Of a stretch of 64,000 bases of DNA, positions 20,873 to 33,729 are shown in pieces. The translations under genes and the position numbers were made by a program. This stretch comes from Octopus bimaculoides (Eukaryota): assembly GCF_001194135.2 (NCBI RefSeq), contig NC_069006.1, positions 18,978,538-19,042,537 of the forward strand, read 5' to 3'. A model generated the notes under the pieces. The model worked only from the letters and a program-made list of their open reading frames with translations. It was not told the DNA's origin and did not search any database. Positions within the stretch are counted from its first letter, which is position 1. Every line of letters begins with the position of its first letter.

Positions 20873-21439
20873 TACATGCTGGTCTAAAGTGTCATCTATG
20901 ATCACACAAGAACAATATTAAACCCTAATACCATCATTTTATGCAAGAAAATGCTCTTCAGTGTGTTATTTTTGTCAAAAGGTGTGTAAATCTTCTGGAG
21001 GCCTAAAGAGACACCCAAACATGCACAAAAATTGCAATGGAATAACAGATTCAGAACCAAGACACATTTGCAATATAAGTGGAAAGATTTTTAAGAAAGT
21101 CTCTGGGCTCAAAACCATTATCTTCTCACTTGAGGAGCTAATGCTGTATTTGTGCAGGAAGTGGTAAAACTTTCCTTCAGAGCAAACTGCCTTCGCACAT
21201 ACATACATACATACATACACCTCAAAAGTAAATTGACACCTCTCACTGCACTGCTTTGTCTGTGCAGATACTACTTAGTACTTCAAACTTGTTAGTGTGT
21301 TTATGCACAGGGCATGTTAGGATGTTGCACTAACAATTGTGAAATCGTGGTTTCAATTCCTGCACAGATCTGTGGCAGGCTGTAAAAGGGCACCCAGATC
21401 TGTGGCAGGCTGTAAAAGTGGGGAGTAAGTCACGCCTTT

Positions 21440-21825
21440 CATCTATAGACATGTATGGCACCTTGGGCTAGTGCCAGTGACCCTTTAACGTCTTGTACCA
21501 GGGATACAGTGAAGACGTTGGCAGCAGTATGTTGGATAACCAACAAAGTGGAAGAATCCTGGACCAATAGTTTGAAGGTTATTGCAGCCAAGAAGAAGAT
21601 CTGTACCATCAGACAACAGCCGGGCATCAAATAGCAAGTGAGCTGCTATTGTAGGGAAGCAGCATCCTTCACCATGTTCGTTGCACTCTTGTACAAAGCT
21701 GAAATCTGGCATGGGGGTCCAGCAAGGCAGTCTAGTAGGTAGACTGTGCCAGCAGCTACCTTACTTACTTTCCAAATGCATCTTGTTCGTTCCTGAAGAG
21801 AACAGTCAAAATTGACCAGCGAAAG
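21440..21825 (-). mobile_element. Decayed LINE apurinic-endonuclease fragment (RTE-like)
   Basis: LSLVNFDCSLQERTRCIWKVSKVAAGTVYLL and DLLLGCNNLQTIGPG resemble APE motifs; several frameshifts. Confidence 0.45.
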
Positions 21826-21866
21826 ACACAATATATACACACATATATACATACATATACATATAC

Positions 21867-21921
<55 letters not shown>

Positions 21922-23104
21922 TATATATATNNNNNNNNNNNNNNNNNNNNNNNNNNNNNNNNNNNNNNNNNNNNNNNNNNNNNNNNNNNNNNNNNNNNNN
22001 NNNNNNNNNNNNNNNNNNNNNNNNNNNNNNNNNNNNNNNNNNNNNNNNNNNNNNNNNNNNNNNNNNNNNNNNNNNNNNNNNNNNNNNNNNNNNNNNNNNN
22101 NNNNNNNNNNNNNNNNNNNNNNNNNNNNNNNNNNNNNNNNNNNNNNNNNNNNNNNNNNNNNNNNNNNNNNNNNNNNNNNNNNNNNNNNNNNNNNNNNNNN
22201 NNNNNNNNNNNNNNNNNNNNNNNNNNNNNNNNNNNNNNNNNNNNNNNNNNNNNNNNNNNNNNNNNNNNNNNNNNNNNNNNNNNNNNNNNNNNNNNNNNNN
22301 NNNNNNNNNNNNNNNNNNNNNNNNNNNNNNNNNNNNNNNNNNNNNNNNNNNNNNNNNNNNNNNNNNNNNNNNNNNNNNNNNNNNNNNNNNNNNNNNNNNN
22401 NNNNNNNNNNNNNNNNNNNNNNNNNNNNNNNNNNNNNNNNNNNNNNNNNNNNNNNNNNNNNNNNNNNNNNNNNNNNNNNNNNNNNNNNNNNNNNNNNNNN
22501 NNNNNNNNNNNNNNNNNNNNNNNNNNNNNNNNNNNNNNNNNNNNNNNNNNNNNNNNNNNNNNNNNNNNNNNNNNNNNNNNNNNNNNNNNNNNNNNNNNNN
22601 NNNNNNNNNNNNNNNNNNNNNNNNNNATATATATATATATATACACATATATACACATGTATATAAATGTATATATATATCTATCTCTATTTATAAATTT
22701 TTTAATATATGTATTGAAACATATTCAAGATGGTTGGGAGTACACCTTTTGAGGAAATCTGTATGCCATGTTTTTCTCTTTCTCACTTCCTCTTTTTCTT
22801 TCTTGCCTCCTTTCCCCCTCTCTCTTCATACGTACATACATACATACATACATATATCCGTATGTATATGTATATATATATATCTATATCTATATATATA
22901 TATATTTGTCTCTCTCACAACTGTAAGTGAAAAGTTCATTGAGATTTTTTGTATTTGATTTATCAACAAATTTTATGTTTGATGAGCATAATATACTTGG
23001 AAACTTCTTCTGGCCAATATAAGCTAAGCTTCCCCATGTAGTCCAACAGAAAACACTTCAAGACACATAAAACAGACAGATGGAAGACATCAGATCGACA
23101 TTAA

Positions 23105-25051
23105 TCAAGGGTAATAGCCTAATGATTTCTCAAAGTTCATGTTATCATGTCGATTGTAGTTTGACTGTATGTGCTGTCTGTCAATTTCAATATTTTGAAA
23201 CATAGAAGCAATTTCTGCCTCTTTACTGCCAATGTTTAGATGTGGGTTACTAGCAGCATACTGCTTATAATTATGACTGTATTCTTGCCTTCGCATTGCA
23301 TCTTCATTTGCTTGTGAACGTCTGTCTTGTTCAACAGACATATCTGGTTTGTATTGCCTGTCCCCTACAGCTGGGTTGTAATTTGGGTTCAACTGGTTAG
23401 GGTAGTTGTTTGTCTGGTATTGCCTGTAGATGTCATGCTGTGACATTGTAGGTATTTGACTTTTGTAATAATCATTAGCTGTAGCCATTGACATAGGTCT
23501 TGGTTCACTAGCTGACAATGAAGTACGAAGATAATTTCTACTACCTTCATCAGACTTTGAATCAAAGGCGTAGACATTTGAATAACGGTTGTTAGCCGTT
23601 CGATTGTCATGACTGCTGTGTCTATATTGCACGTCTGCCTTATCCCAGTTGGTCCCATTGGAAGAAAGTTTGGCACTGTTATCATATTCCTGATGAGATG
23701 GTTTAGGTGAAATTGGTCTTTTAGGTAATTCAAATGCTGTTGGCAACACTTTTACTCCAGCTATTTTGTGGGGTGGTACTTTTGCGACGGGTTTGTTGCG
23801 TGCTGCTTCAAATGACTGACCAGTATCGTTTCTGTCAAACTGCTGCCGGCTTTCAAGGTTTGAGAGTGAATACATAGGCCCAGAATGGTTCAATGGCTGT
23901 GAAGTAAATGAATTTTGCTGATACTGTTGTGAGTGTGGCATTTTTGGAGAGTATGGCTCACTGGCATTTGTTTTCTGTGCCATTGGGTGTAATTCACCTG
24001 CCTGTCTCTGTTGTTCATCATAATTTGGATATTGCCCATAGCCTCGGATATTTTCGCTCATTGGACGACCATACTTTGAAGGAAACCTTTGGCGGTTTTC
24101 TTGATTATGAGGATAATTAGATTGGCCTTCTTGATTGGCAACAGGTCTTTCATAGTAAGAATGTCCTCTAGAGAGTTGCACATGTCTGTTTTGGTGGGGT
24201 GAACCAGGAAATGGTGGTTGCTGATTATAAGGCTGTGGTTGCCCGTATGGATGTTGGCTGCGGACATCAGGAAACCTGTCATTTCTATCTAAGGCCCAGT
24301 CATCATGCACTTGGTGTCGGAAGTATTCATCTCGCAGTTGGTAGCCTTCATTAGGATGAGATGGCGGGTATTGTCCAGATGCCATGGCATTACTACCAAC
24401 AGCTTGATTTTCTGGCGATCTAGGAAGAGAGTGGTAGTTCATTTCATTTGTTCTGGGGTCTTTGGGGTCGGGATTTTGTGAAGCAGCACCAAAGTCACCA
24501 ATGTATTCTTTTTGCATGGATTTTTGTTGCATGAAATTAAAACTCTCCACAATTTTAGTAGCATCTGTCGTTGACAAAGAAAGAAAAACATGGCAGTCCA
24601 AAGCTTTTAAACCTGCCTGGCGCCTTAATAAACAGACAACAATAGGCTGATGAGAGATTTTCAGCAGATAATTGTTTTTCTTTTCCAGAGTAGAAAAGAG
24701 TTTGTCTGGAGACCTAACAATACGTTTCTCATCAAGAGGCATAAATGCAAACTGGGTTTTCCGCGTGTTGTTCTTGTTTATTGTAAACTGAACTGCTTCC
24801 ATGTAATTAATCATATTAAATTCATAATGAGTATTTTTTAAGTAGGTTCCACTACCAGATCCATTTGAAGTTAATATGTCTAATCCTTCGTAGGTGATTT
24901 GCATGTAGACTTCAGCTGGGGATTTGGTGACTTTCTTGTGGAAGTTGAAGTAATGCTCTTTTAGAGGTTTCTGTATTGATCCCAGTCCGGTGGTTCCTTT
25001 CGACAAAGTGGAACAGCCCAGGTAATGTAGGGTGTAGGTTAGATCCGACAT
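23105..25051 (-). CDS. 648-aa protein, N-terminal PTB/PID (phosphotyrosine-binding fold) domain and long Q/N/P/Y/S-rich low-complexity tail; whole CDS in one exon
   Basis: Uninterrupted 1947-nt non-repetitive ORF. PTB-like N-terminal strand TYTLHYLG and C-terminal LDCHVFLSLSTTDATKIVESF. A splice acceptor (ttttatttttattttccAG) lies 6 nt upstream of the ATG (exon starts 25057), so there is an upstream exon. Confidence 0.9.
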   Translation of the reverse strand: MSDLTYTLHYLGCSTLSKGTTGLGSIQKPLKEHYFNFHKKVTKSPAEVYMQITYEGLDILTSNGSGSGTYLKNTHYEFNMINYMEAVQFTINKNNTRKTQFAFMPLDEKRIVRSPDKLFSTLEKKNNYLLKISHQPIVVCLLRRQAGLKALDCHVFLSLSTTDATKIVESFNFMQQKSMQKEYIGDFGAASQNPDPKDPRTNEMNYHSLPRSPENQAVGSNAMASGQYPPSHPNEGYQLRDEYFRHQVHDDWALDRNDRFPDVRSQHPYGQPQPYNQQPPFPGSPHQNRHVQLSRGHSYYERPVANQEGQSNYPHNQENRQRFPSKYGRPMSENIRGYGQYPNYDEQQRQAGELHPMAQKTNASEPYSPKMPHSQQYQQNSFTSQPLNHSGPMYSLSNLESRQQFDRNDTGQSFEAARNKPVAKVPPHKIAGVKVLPTAFELPKRPISPKPSHQEYDNSAKLSSNGTNWDKADVQYRHSSHDNRTANNRYSNVYAFDSKSDEGSRNYLRTSLSASEPRPMSMATANDYYKSQIPTMSQHDIYRQYQTNNYPNQLNPNYNPAVGDRQYKPDMSVEQDRRSQANEDAMRRQEYSHNYKQYAASNPHLNIGSKEAEIASMFQNIEIDRQHIQSNYNRHDNMNFEKSLGYYP

Positions 25052-25423
25052 TGTGCTCTGGAAAATAAAAATAAAACTGAATTAGTGACATCCATTTCTG
25101 AATATAACAAAGAAAAAAATAAACCAACATCAACAACAATGGCACTAGAGATGATTACAATGGTGATGACATTATACCCCTTTCTTATTTTTCTGACCAG
25201 GCTCCCGTGGCTTTTGTGGGTTTTTCCATGTGTGACCTTTTATTTTTCGAAGCGCCTCCCCCTATTGAGAGTTTTATTTGTTATATATCTTTCTCCGTTT
25301 TTCCTCTGTTTAAATGAACGTTTTTCTACTTTTCGGACAAAACCCTATGTAACCTTCGTCTTGTCTTTGTCCTTACATGTTTTTGATTTATATTAGCCCT
25401 TGTGGCCAATAAAACGAATTAAT

Positions 25424-25424
25424 T

Positions 25425-25480
<56 letters not shown>

Positions 25481-25630
25481 AGTGATCATGATGATGGTAG
25501 CGATGATGATAATAATGATGATGATGATGATGATGTTGATAACGATGATGGTGATCATGATGATGGTAGTGATGACGACAACGATGATGACAATAACTAT
25601 GAGGGTGACGATACTGATGACGATAATGGT
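25424..25630 (+). repeat. (GAT)n / degenerate GAY trinucleotide tract, intronic or upstream of the PTB gene
   Basis: Direct reading; the poly-D and poly-M ORFs are by-products. Confidence 0.9.
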
Positions 25631-25724
25631 GCTGGGATACTCAGTTTGATAATCTTAAAAGTACATGTGTCATAAACTTTTATACTGCCTGCATGTGTGT
25701 GCATGTTTTATGCATGTGCATGTC

Positions 25725-25780
<56 letters not shown>

Positions 25781-26858
25781 NNNNNNNNNNNNNNNNNNNN
25801 NNNNNNNNNNNNNNNNNNNNNNNNNNNNNNNNNNNNNNNNNNNNNNNNNNNNNNNNNNNNNNNNNNNNNNNNNNNNNNNNNNNNNNNNNNNNNNNNNNNN
25901 NNNNNNNNNNNNNNNNNNNNNNNNNNNNNNNNNNNNNNNNNNNNNNNNNNNNNNNNNNNNNNNNNNNNNNNNNNNNNNNNNNNNNNNNNNNNNNNNNNNN
26001 NNNNNNNNNNNNNNNNNNNNNNNNNNNNNNNNNNNNNNNNNNNNNNNNNNNNNNNNNNNNNNNNNNNNNNNNNNNNNNNNNNNNCCCTGAACATGCTGCC
26101 TTGTGCTGAAATTTGAAATCAATATCTATTAACCCTCTAGTATTCAGATTACTCTCTCAAATGTGATGCTTATTTATTTACATATTTTGAATTGCTCATG
26201 CATCGTCTTGTGCCTTTAAGATTTCAATGATATGATTGTATATTTTTAGAATGACATTGTAGGGTAGGTATGCAATGCCAGATCTGGCCATCTTGACCAA
26301 AAAAAAAAGGTCGAATATCAGTCAAGGCAGATATACCTTGGCACTAGTCAGTGACCCGGAGCAACATGAAATAAAGTGTTTTGCTCAAGAACACAACACA
26401 CAGCCTGGTCAGAGAATTGAACTCACTACCTCTAGCCACAGAGCCCGATGCTCTAACCGTCGAGCCATGCATCTTCACTATTTTTTATCTTTTTTACTTC
26501 TGTTACATGTTTCACTCATTAGACTGCGGCCATACTGGGGCACCACCTTGAATATTTTGTCGAATGAATCAACCCCAGTACTTATGTTTTAAGCCTGGTA
26601 CTTATTCTATAGGTCTCTTTTGCTGACCTACTAAGTTATGGGGACATAAAAATACTATCACTGGTTATCAAGTGGTGATGGGCGGACAAACACAGATGCA
26701 AACACACACACACACACACACATACACATATATATATGTGGGAAGCACCTGCACCTCATACACAGCACCTCTTGTGCCTTATACTATATATAACAATATA
26801 ATATTGAGCTCTCATATTAGGCAAATTACCAGTTGGTTTTGTATCAGAAGTTGAGAAT

Positions 26859-27254
26859 AGGCGCAGGAGTGGCTGTGTGGTAAGTAGCTTGCTTACCAAC
26901 CACATGGTTCCGAGTTCAGTCACACTGCGTGACACCTTGGGCAAGTGTCTTCTCCTATAGCATTGGGCCAACCAAAGCCTTGTGAGTGGATTTTGGTAGA
27001 CGGAAACTGAAAGAAGCCCATTGTATATATGTATATATATATGTTTGTGTGTCTGTGTTTGTCCCCTCAACATCGCTTGACAACTGATGCTGGTGTGTTT
27101 ACATCCCCATAACTTAGCGGTTCGGCAAAAGAGACCGATAGAATAAGTACTAGGCCTCCAAAGAATAAGTCCTGGGGTCAATTTGGTTGACTAAAGGCGG
27201 TGTTCCAGCATGGCCACAGTCAAATAACTGAAACAAGTAAAAGAGTAAAAGAGT
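26859..27254 (+). mobile_element. Full-length family-1 tRNA-derived SINE
   Basis: aggcgcaggagTGGCTGTGTGG...GTTCAGTC head, central (TA)/(TG) tract, 3' tail gtaaaagagtaaaagagta. Confidence 0.85.
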
Positions 27255-27324
27255 AACCAATTTCACCATCATCAGAAATGGGTGAAAGGAATAGTAGCAT
27301 GTGGGCTCTTTGTTACTAGAGCAA

Positions 27325-27426
<102 letters not shown>

Positions 27427-29964
27427 GCATATAGATATCACATGAACAACCAGACTACCGGATGTATATATACATCGCTGGTTACAATATGCTTTGCATT
27501 GTTTTAGCTTTTAAATGATGCCACCCAGTTAGGTGAGTAGGCTAACACTGCAACATTGCTCTTGATCGGAAAGGCTGGTCCATCACAAGATTACCCATTC
27601 ACAGATGGGTGGACTGTAGCAACATGAAATGAAGTGTTTTGCTCAAGAACACAGCACACAGCCGGTATGGAATTCAAAACCACAATCTCATGGTTGTGAG
27701 TGCAATACACCTAATTGCTAAGCCATGTGCCTTTACAGACAGACAGACTGACAGACATATCTCACAAAATGTAGACCAACATGTTCGCATGCCATTAGGG
27801 CCAAATTGGCTAATAATGAGGTCAAACGAAAGAGTATTAGAGAGAGGGAAAGAGAAAGAGAGAGAAGGGGGATAATGAATGAAAGAAAGACATACGGTAA
27901 GAAAAAAGAAATTGTGTGACTGAGACAAATTTCTTAGGTTAAAATAGAGGATAAAGTTTGCTTCTTTTTTGTTGTATTTTGCAAGAATGACTGCTTGTAT
28001 AATGTATAAATGTTTCTTTGTTGTAACAGAAGACAGAAATTAATCCACTGAGGTTCCTATCTATAACCAGCAGTGTGTAAATATCAACAGGCTTCTTACC
28101 AACAACTATTGTCACCTTTGAGTGACAATTACAATCTAGGAAAGAACAAAAGCATTGTGAACATTCTAGGGAAATGTCAGTCACCCAGCCACAAAGGTGC
28201 CAAGCTAAGCCAGCCAGCCTAATGGTCAGGCCCTGTCATCTTTTACTTGCTTCAGTCATTAGCCTTTGGCCATGCTGGGGCACTGCCTTGAAGAAATTTT
28301 AATTGAATTAATTGACCTCAGTAGTTTTTTTTAAGCCTGGTACTTATTTTATTAATCTCTTTTGTTGATGAATGACCGAGGCCTTTGGCATTATGTTGTG
28401 TTTGAGAAGAAGACCCATCAAGTCAAGTATAATTGCAGCCATGGCAGATACTGGTGTCATGCAAATGGTACCCATGCTGGTGGCACATAAAAGCACCCAT
28501 TACACTCTTGGAGTGGTTAGCATTAGGAAGGGCATCCAGCAGTAGAAACCCTACCAAATTAGTCTGGAGCCTGGTGCAGCCTTCAAGTTTGCCAGCCCTG
28601 GTCAAACTGTCCAATTCATGCCAGCATGGACAACAGCTGTTACATGATGATGACGACGACGACGATGATGATGATGTTGATGATGACAGACTTCTTTGGT
28701 AGAAGTACTTGCCCAAGGTGTCATGCAGTGGGACTGAACCTGGAACCATGTGGTTGGAAAGCAAGCTTCTTACCACACAACCATGCCTGTGCCCATATAG
28801 GATTTTTTCCCCTCTAAACCAAAGGATTTATTGCACTGGGTGTAATATTTTCTAAAATATTTACACCGGGTGTAAAATTTTGCTGAAATTAGCAATGTGG
28901 ACATAAGCGTCATCATACATGCCCCAAAAGGACCTTACTATTCAGCAAGGGTTCAATCTAGGTTAATCAGACTGACCTAAAGTTTCCTTCAGTGCTGTAA
29001 TGGAAATGTTTGATAGTGTAACATTATGCAACGTTATTGGTATTTCTATTCTAGATTTGCTTGATAAGAAATTTCCCTTGATAGTTTTGGTCTGTATAGG
29101 GATGATGTTTTGCCACTACTGAGAGGGATAATGCATATTTATATATACACACTTGAAGGTATTGGTAGCTATTGAGATGATTGTTATATCTGTACTGACA
29201 CTGGTGGTTGTTATAGTAGTATTGATAGTTAGGGTTAGGGTAGTGGCAGTGGTGGTTGCTGTGATTATGAGTCATCAAGGTAGCCTACTGCTTGGCTTTG
29301 GAATGCTGTCAAACAAGGTGTGAAAATAACAATCTATTTATGTGTGTTTATATGTAATTGTGTGCTTGTGTTTATTTGTTTGCTTCTATTTGTATGACAT
29401 ATATGTAGGCGTGTATGTGTGCACATGTGTTTACATGTATGTTTACATGTTTATTATTGATGTATGCTGGCATGGCTTAGTGGTTAAGAAGTTTATTTTG
29501 CGATCCTAAGGACACGGGTTTGATCCTACCACATAGATTCTTGTGTCAGTGAAGGATATACCTTTTACCACAATCTCAGATCAGTGCTACTCTAGCTTGC
29601 AGTCTCCATATCGTTCGTTCGTTCATCATCATCGTTTAACGTCCGCTTTCCATGCTAGCATGGGTTGGACGATTTGACTGAGGACTGGTGAAACCAGATG
29701 GCTACACCAGGCTCCAATCTGATTTGGCAGAGTTTCTACAGCTGGATGCCCTTCCTAACGCCAACCACTCAGAGAGTGTAGTGGGTGCTTTTACGTGTTG
29801 CCTGCACAAAGGCCAGTCAGGCGGTACTGGCAACAGCCACGCTCAAAATGGTGTATTTTATGCACCACCTGCACAAGAGCCAGTCCAGGGGCACTGGCAA
29901 TGATTTCGCTCGAAAATCCTTACACATGTCACGGGCACAAGTGCCAGCTGAGAAATGACCTGAT

Positions 29965-30065
29965 CTAGATTAGGTTTAGGATTAGCATTTAGGTTTGGGA
30001 TTAGGGTTTAGATTTAGGATTAGGGTTTGAGGTTAAGGTTTGTGGTCAAGGTTTGGGATAGAATT
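29965..30065 (+). repeat. Degenerate TTAGGG/TTTAGG-like array
   Basis: ttaggtttaggattagcatttaggtttgggattagggtttagatttaggattagggtttgagg; similar words at about 29228 and 30195. Confidence 0.6.
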
Positions 30066-30364
30066 AAGGTAGACTGCATGTTCAAGTTTAAATGAAATTG
30101 GTTTGAGGGTAACAGTGTGGAAGTGCACTGGATGGATGGTACTCACCTCACCTTGTTATATATTGTGTCATTTTGATTCAGCATGAGCGTCAGGGTGTAG
30201 GGTTAGAGTTAGATTTGCACACACACACTCACACACAAATGTATACATATTAGCATACTCACAGTTTTCATCTATCAAGTTCACTCACAAGAAATACACA
30301 TATGTCAGTACTCATACATACATCCATTGATACATACATACATTGATATATATATCATCATCAT

Positions 30365-30405
<41 letters not shown>

Positions 30406-30920
30406 NNNNNNNNNNNNNNNNNNNNNNNNNNNNNNNNNNNNNNNNNNNNNNNNNNNNNNNNNNNNNNNNNNNNNNNNNNNNNNNNNNNNNNNNNNNNNNN
30501 NNNNNNNNNNNNNNNNNNNNNNNNNNNNNNNNNNNNNNNNNNNNNNNNNNNNNNNNNNNNNNNNNNNNNNNNNNNNNNNNNNNNNNNNNNNNNNNNNNNN
30601 NNNNNNNNNNNNNNNNNNNNNNGGAATATACAATATATAATATGATATACAATATACAATATAAAATAAAATAACATAAAAATGGATGGCACCATGAAAG
30701 AAAGTATTGAATGTAGATGAAATATTGAGTGTTCAATATAAAGGATCAAATATATAAATATATAAATATAAATATATATATATAAAGGCGACTCGAGTTT
30801 CAGGGCTATTTCCCTTCGTCATGGCCGGTATGACAATATATATATATAATACTAATATATACTTTTGTTATTTACACCACCTGTCCTCGTCTGTTGTTAT
30901 TTTTTGTATATTCTCCCTCC

Positions 30921-30951
<31 letters not shown>

Positions 30952-31190
30952 ATAAAATTAGTGTACATTTCTACACAAAAGAGATGACCCCTAACAGGAC
31001 ACCTTACATGCTAGAACGAACAGTCAAAATCCAAACTACGGTTAAGAGCAATTTCGAAGAGGATGGAAAATAAAAACATTTTCAATAGTTACTATATATA
31101 TAGAGAGAGAGAGTGAAATATATACATGTATGCATACACATACGGGACAGTCAATTAATGAAAGAGATCAGATAATATTCACTTTAAAAT

Positions 31191-31420
31191 TTAACCCATT
31201 AGCATTGAAACCAGCCATATTTGGCCCAAATAGTTTACATGTTTCATGTTCAAATGGCCTAAACTCAGTCCCTCACACCAATCATACAATGTCATTCTTA
31301 AAACTTAAACAATCACATCATTGAAAGCTAGAAGCAGCGAGATAATGCATGATTAATTCAAACCGTTTTGAATAAACAAGCACTATGCTTAACAGAACAA
31401 TCTGAATGCTAAAGGGTTAA
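31191..31420. mobile_element. piggyBac-like MITE with TTAA target-site duplication
   Basis: TTAA-CCCATTTAGCATT ... AATGCTAAAGGG-TTAA; family members at about 17497-17680, 26130-26250, 38260-38400, 40245-40775 and 40860-41050. Confidence 0.75.
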
Positions 31421-31434
31421 TCCATAAATAGGCT

Positions 31435-31870
31435 TAGGCATACCTGTGTGGTAAGAAGCTTGCTTCCCAACCACATGGTTTCGAGTTCAGTCCCACTTTG
31501 TAGCACCTTGGGCAAGTGTCTTCCACTATAATATTGGGTTGACCAAAGCCTTGTGGCTGGATTTGGTAGATGGACACTGAAAGAAACTCATTGTACATCT
31601 CTCTCTCTCTTTCCCTCTCTCTTTCTCTTTATGTGTGTGTGTGTGTGTCAGTGTCTGTTTTCGTCCCCCACCACCACTTCACAACTGGTGTTGGTGTATT
31701 TTCATCCCTGTAACTTAGAGGTTCAGCAAAAGAAATCAAAAGAATATGTACCAGGCTAATAAAAGATTAAAAATAAGTGTTGGGGTCAATTTATTTGACT
31801 AAAAATTCTTCAAGCCAGTGCCCCAGGATAGCCACAGTCTAATGACTGAAACAAGCAAAAGATAAAAGAC
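31435..31870 (+). mobile_element. Family-1 SINE
   Basis: Head, central microsatellite and tail match the consensus. Confidence 0.8.
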
Positions 31871-32939
31871 TTGTCCCATCAGAGTAAATAAAAGCAAAAT
31901 CCACAAGAATATTCAATAAGTGGATTTTATGGAAATATGGAAGCATCATATACTCTTTCACTCATAGAAAAAGAGACCTCCCAAGATAAAGGAAGGAAAG
32001 AAAAAACCCCAAAGCTAAGATACAAACCCTGAAGCAGTTCTCTCCCCTTAAGAAGACTATTCAGCCTCTCTGTCATCTCATGATAATCACTCTTTCTGTC
32101 TCTCTCTCTCTTTCTCCCTTACTCTGTAAGCAAATTTAAGCAGCAGCAGCCATCGTTTCCCAGTTAAGTAACCATTTGGATAGTAAACGCTATTCAAGTT
32201 TTTGTAAAATTCAATATTTAAGTATTTACTGGGGTTATTCGGCATAGTCCACATATAGAAACCAGCTCCTAGCAATTCCCTTCTTCATAGGGAAAATGTT
32301 AATAAACTAAAACCAATGTATATATGTGTGTGTGTGTGTGTGTGTATAAGCATACTTATATATATATATTATGTGTATATATAACTACATACAAGAGAAA
32401 TCATACCAAAGCTGACATTGGAGTCCCATGCAGAGCTACTGGATCCACGTAGGTCACTGGATCCCGTCAAACTATCCAACCCATGCCAGCATGGAAAATG
32501 ACTGTTAAATGCTGCTGCTGCTGATGATGATATATGTACATATATANNNNNNNNNNNNNNNNNNNNNNNNNNNNNNNNNNNNNNNNNNNNNNNNNNNNNN
32601 NNNNNNNNNNNNNNNNNNNNNNNNNNNNNNNNNNNNNNNNNNNNNNNNNNNNNNNNNNNNNNNNNNNNNNNNNNNNNNNNNNNNNNNNNNNNNNNNNNNN
32701 NNNNNNNNNNNNNNNNNTATATATATTCACATGCATATATATGCAGATATACATAAAGACACATATGCATAACACATAAGCATGTATATATATAGTTCTG
32801 TATACAACCAGACATATGAGCACAGCTATACACACTCATATATATATATACATACATTCATCAGCTAAGTTGACTATATTGAGATTAGTAGGTCAAAAGA
32901 ATATTGGTGGAAATTAAAAATTAAAACAGCCATCAAGTT

Positions 32940-33200
32940 AAAACACAGCTGGCCTGATATTGTTGTGTGGAAGCAAATATGAAAAAAAAAATGCTCTGTC
33001 TTGGAAATCAGCTTCTTTCTGAACACCAGTGTGGTTGGAAAAGAGAAATAAAGTATTTATGAACGATTGATAAGGAGTTTGAAGATCCAGTACCCAAGAT
33101 ACATTTTCAGCTTTATACCTATTATTATTGGAGCAACGGGTATGAACCAACCTGGCGCAAAGTATGGTCAAACTTGGGTTCTTGGGGAGAGAATGCAACA
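32940..33200 (+). mobile_element. Decayed RLE-endonuclease LINE fragment
   Basis: + strand reads SWPDIVVW...CSVLEISF...KEK*SIYERLIRSLKIQYPRYIFSFIPIIIGATG (PD..E..K..Y and PIIIGA.G motifs). Confidence 0.65.
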
Positions 33201-33350
33201 TCTTAATTCATATGCTGTAAATGATCTTCATATCTAAGACAATAAAAACATGTGAGACCTTCTTAAGATTTAAAGGCTGATGAACAAAGCAAGATGCTTT
33301 TCATAACAACCTTGCTATCAAGCAGGTGGCTTGGTCAAAATCATCTCTAC

Positions 33351-33392
<42 letters not shown>

Positions 33393-33440
33393 CATACATA
33401 AATATATAAATATACATACATATGTATGTGTATATATATC

Positions 33441-33504
<64 letters not shown>

Positions 33505-33690
33505 CATACATATACATATACACACATGTATGTGTGTGTTGTGAACACCCTACCTCGAGGTGCTCTTATAGTGGGGATGTTGATAATACATGCATACACA
33601 CACATGCATACATACATACATACATACATACATACATACATGCATACATGTGTGAGTGAGTGTATATATGTATATATGCATCAATATATA

Positions 33691-33729
<39 letters not shown>

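Noticed and set aside
25400-25675. Poly-Asp and poly-Met ORFs
   Set aside because: Translations of a (GAT)n microsatellite with no splice or start context.
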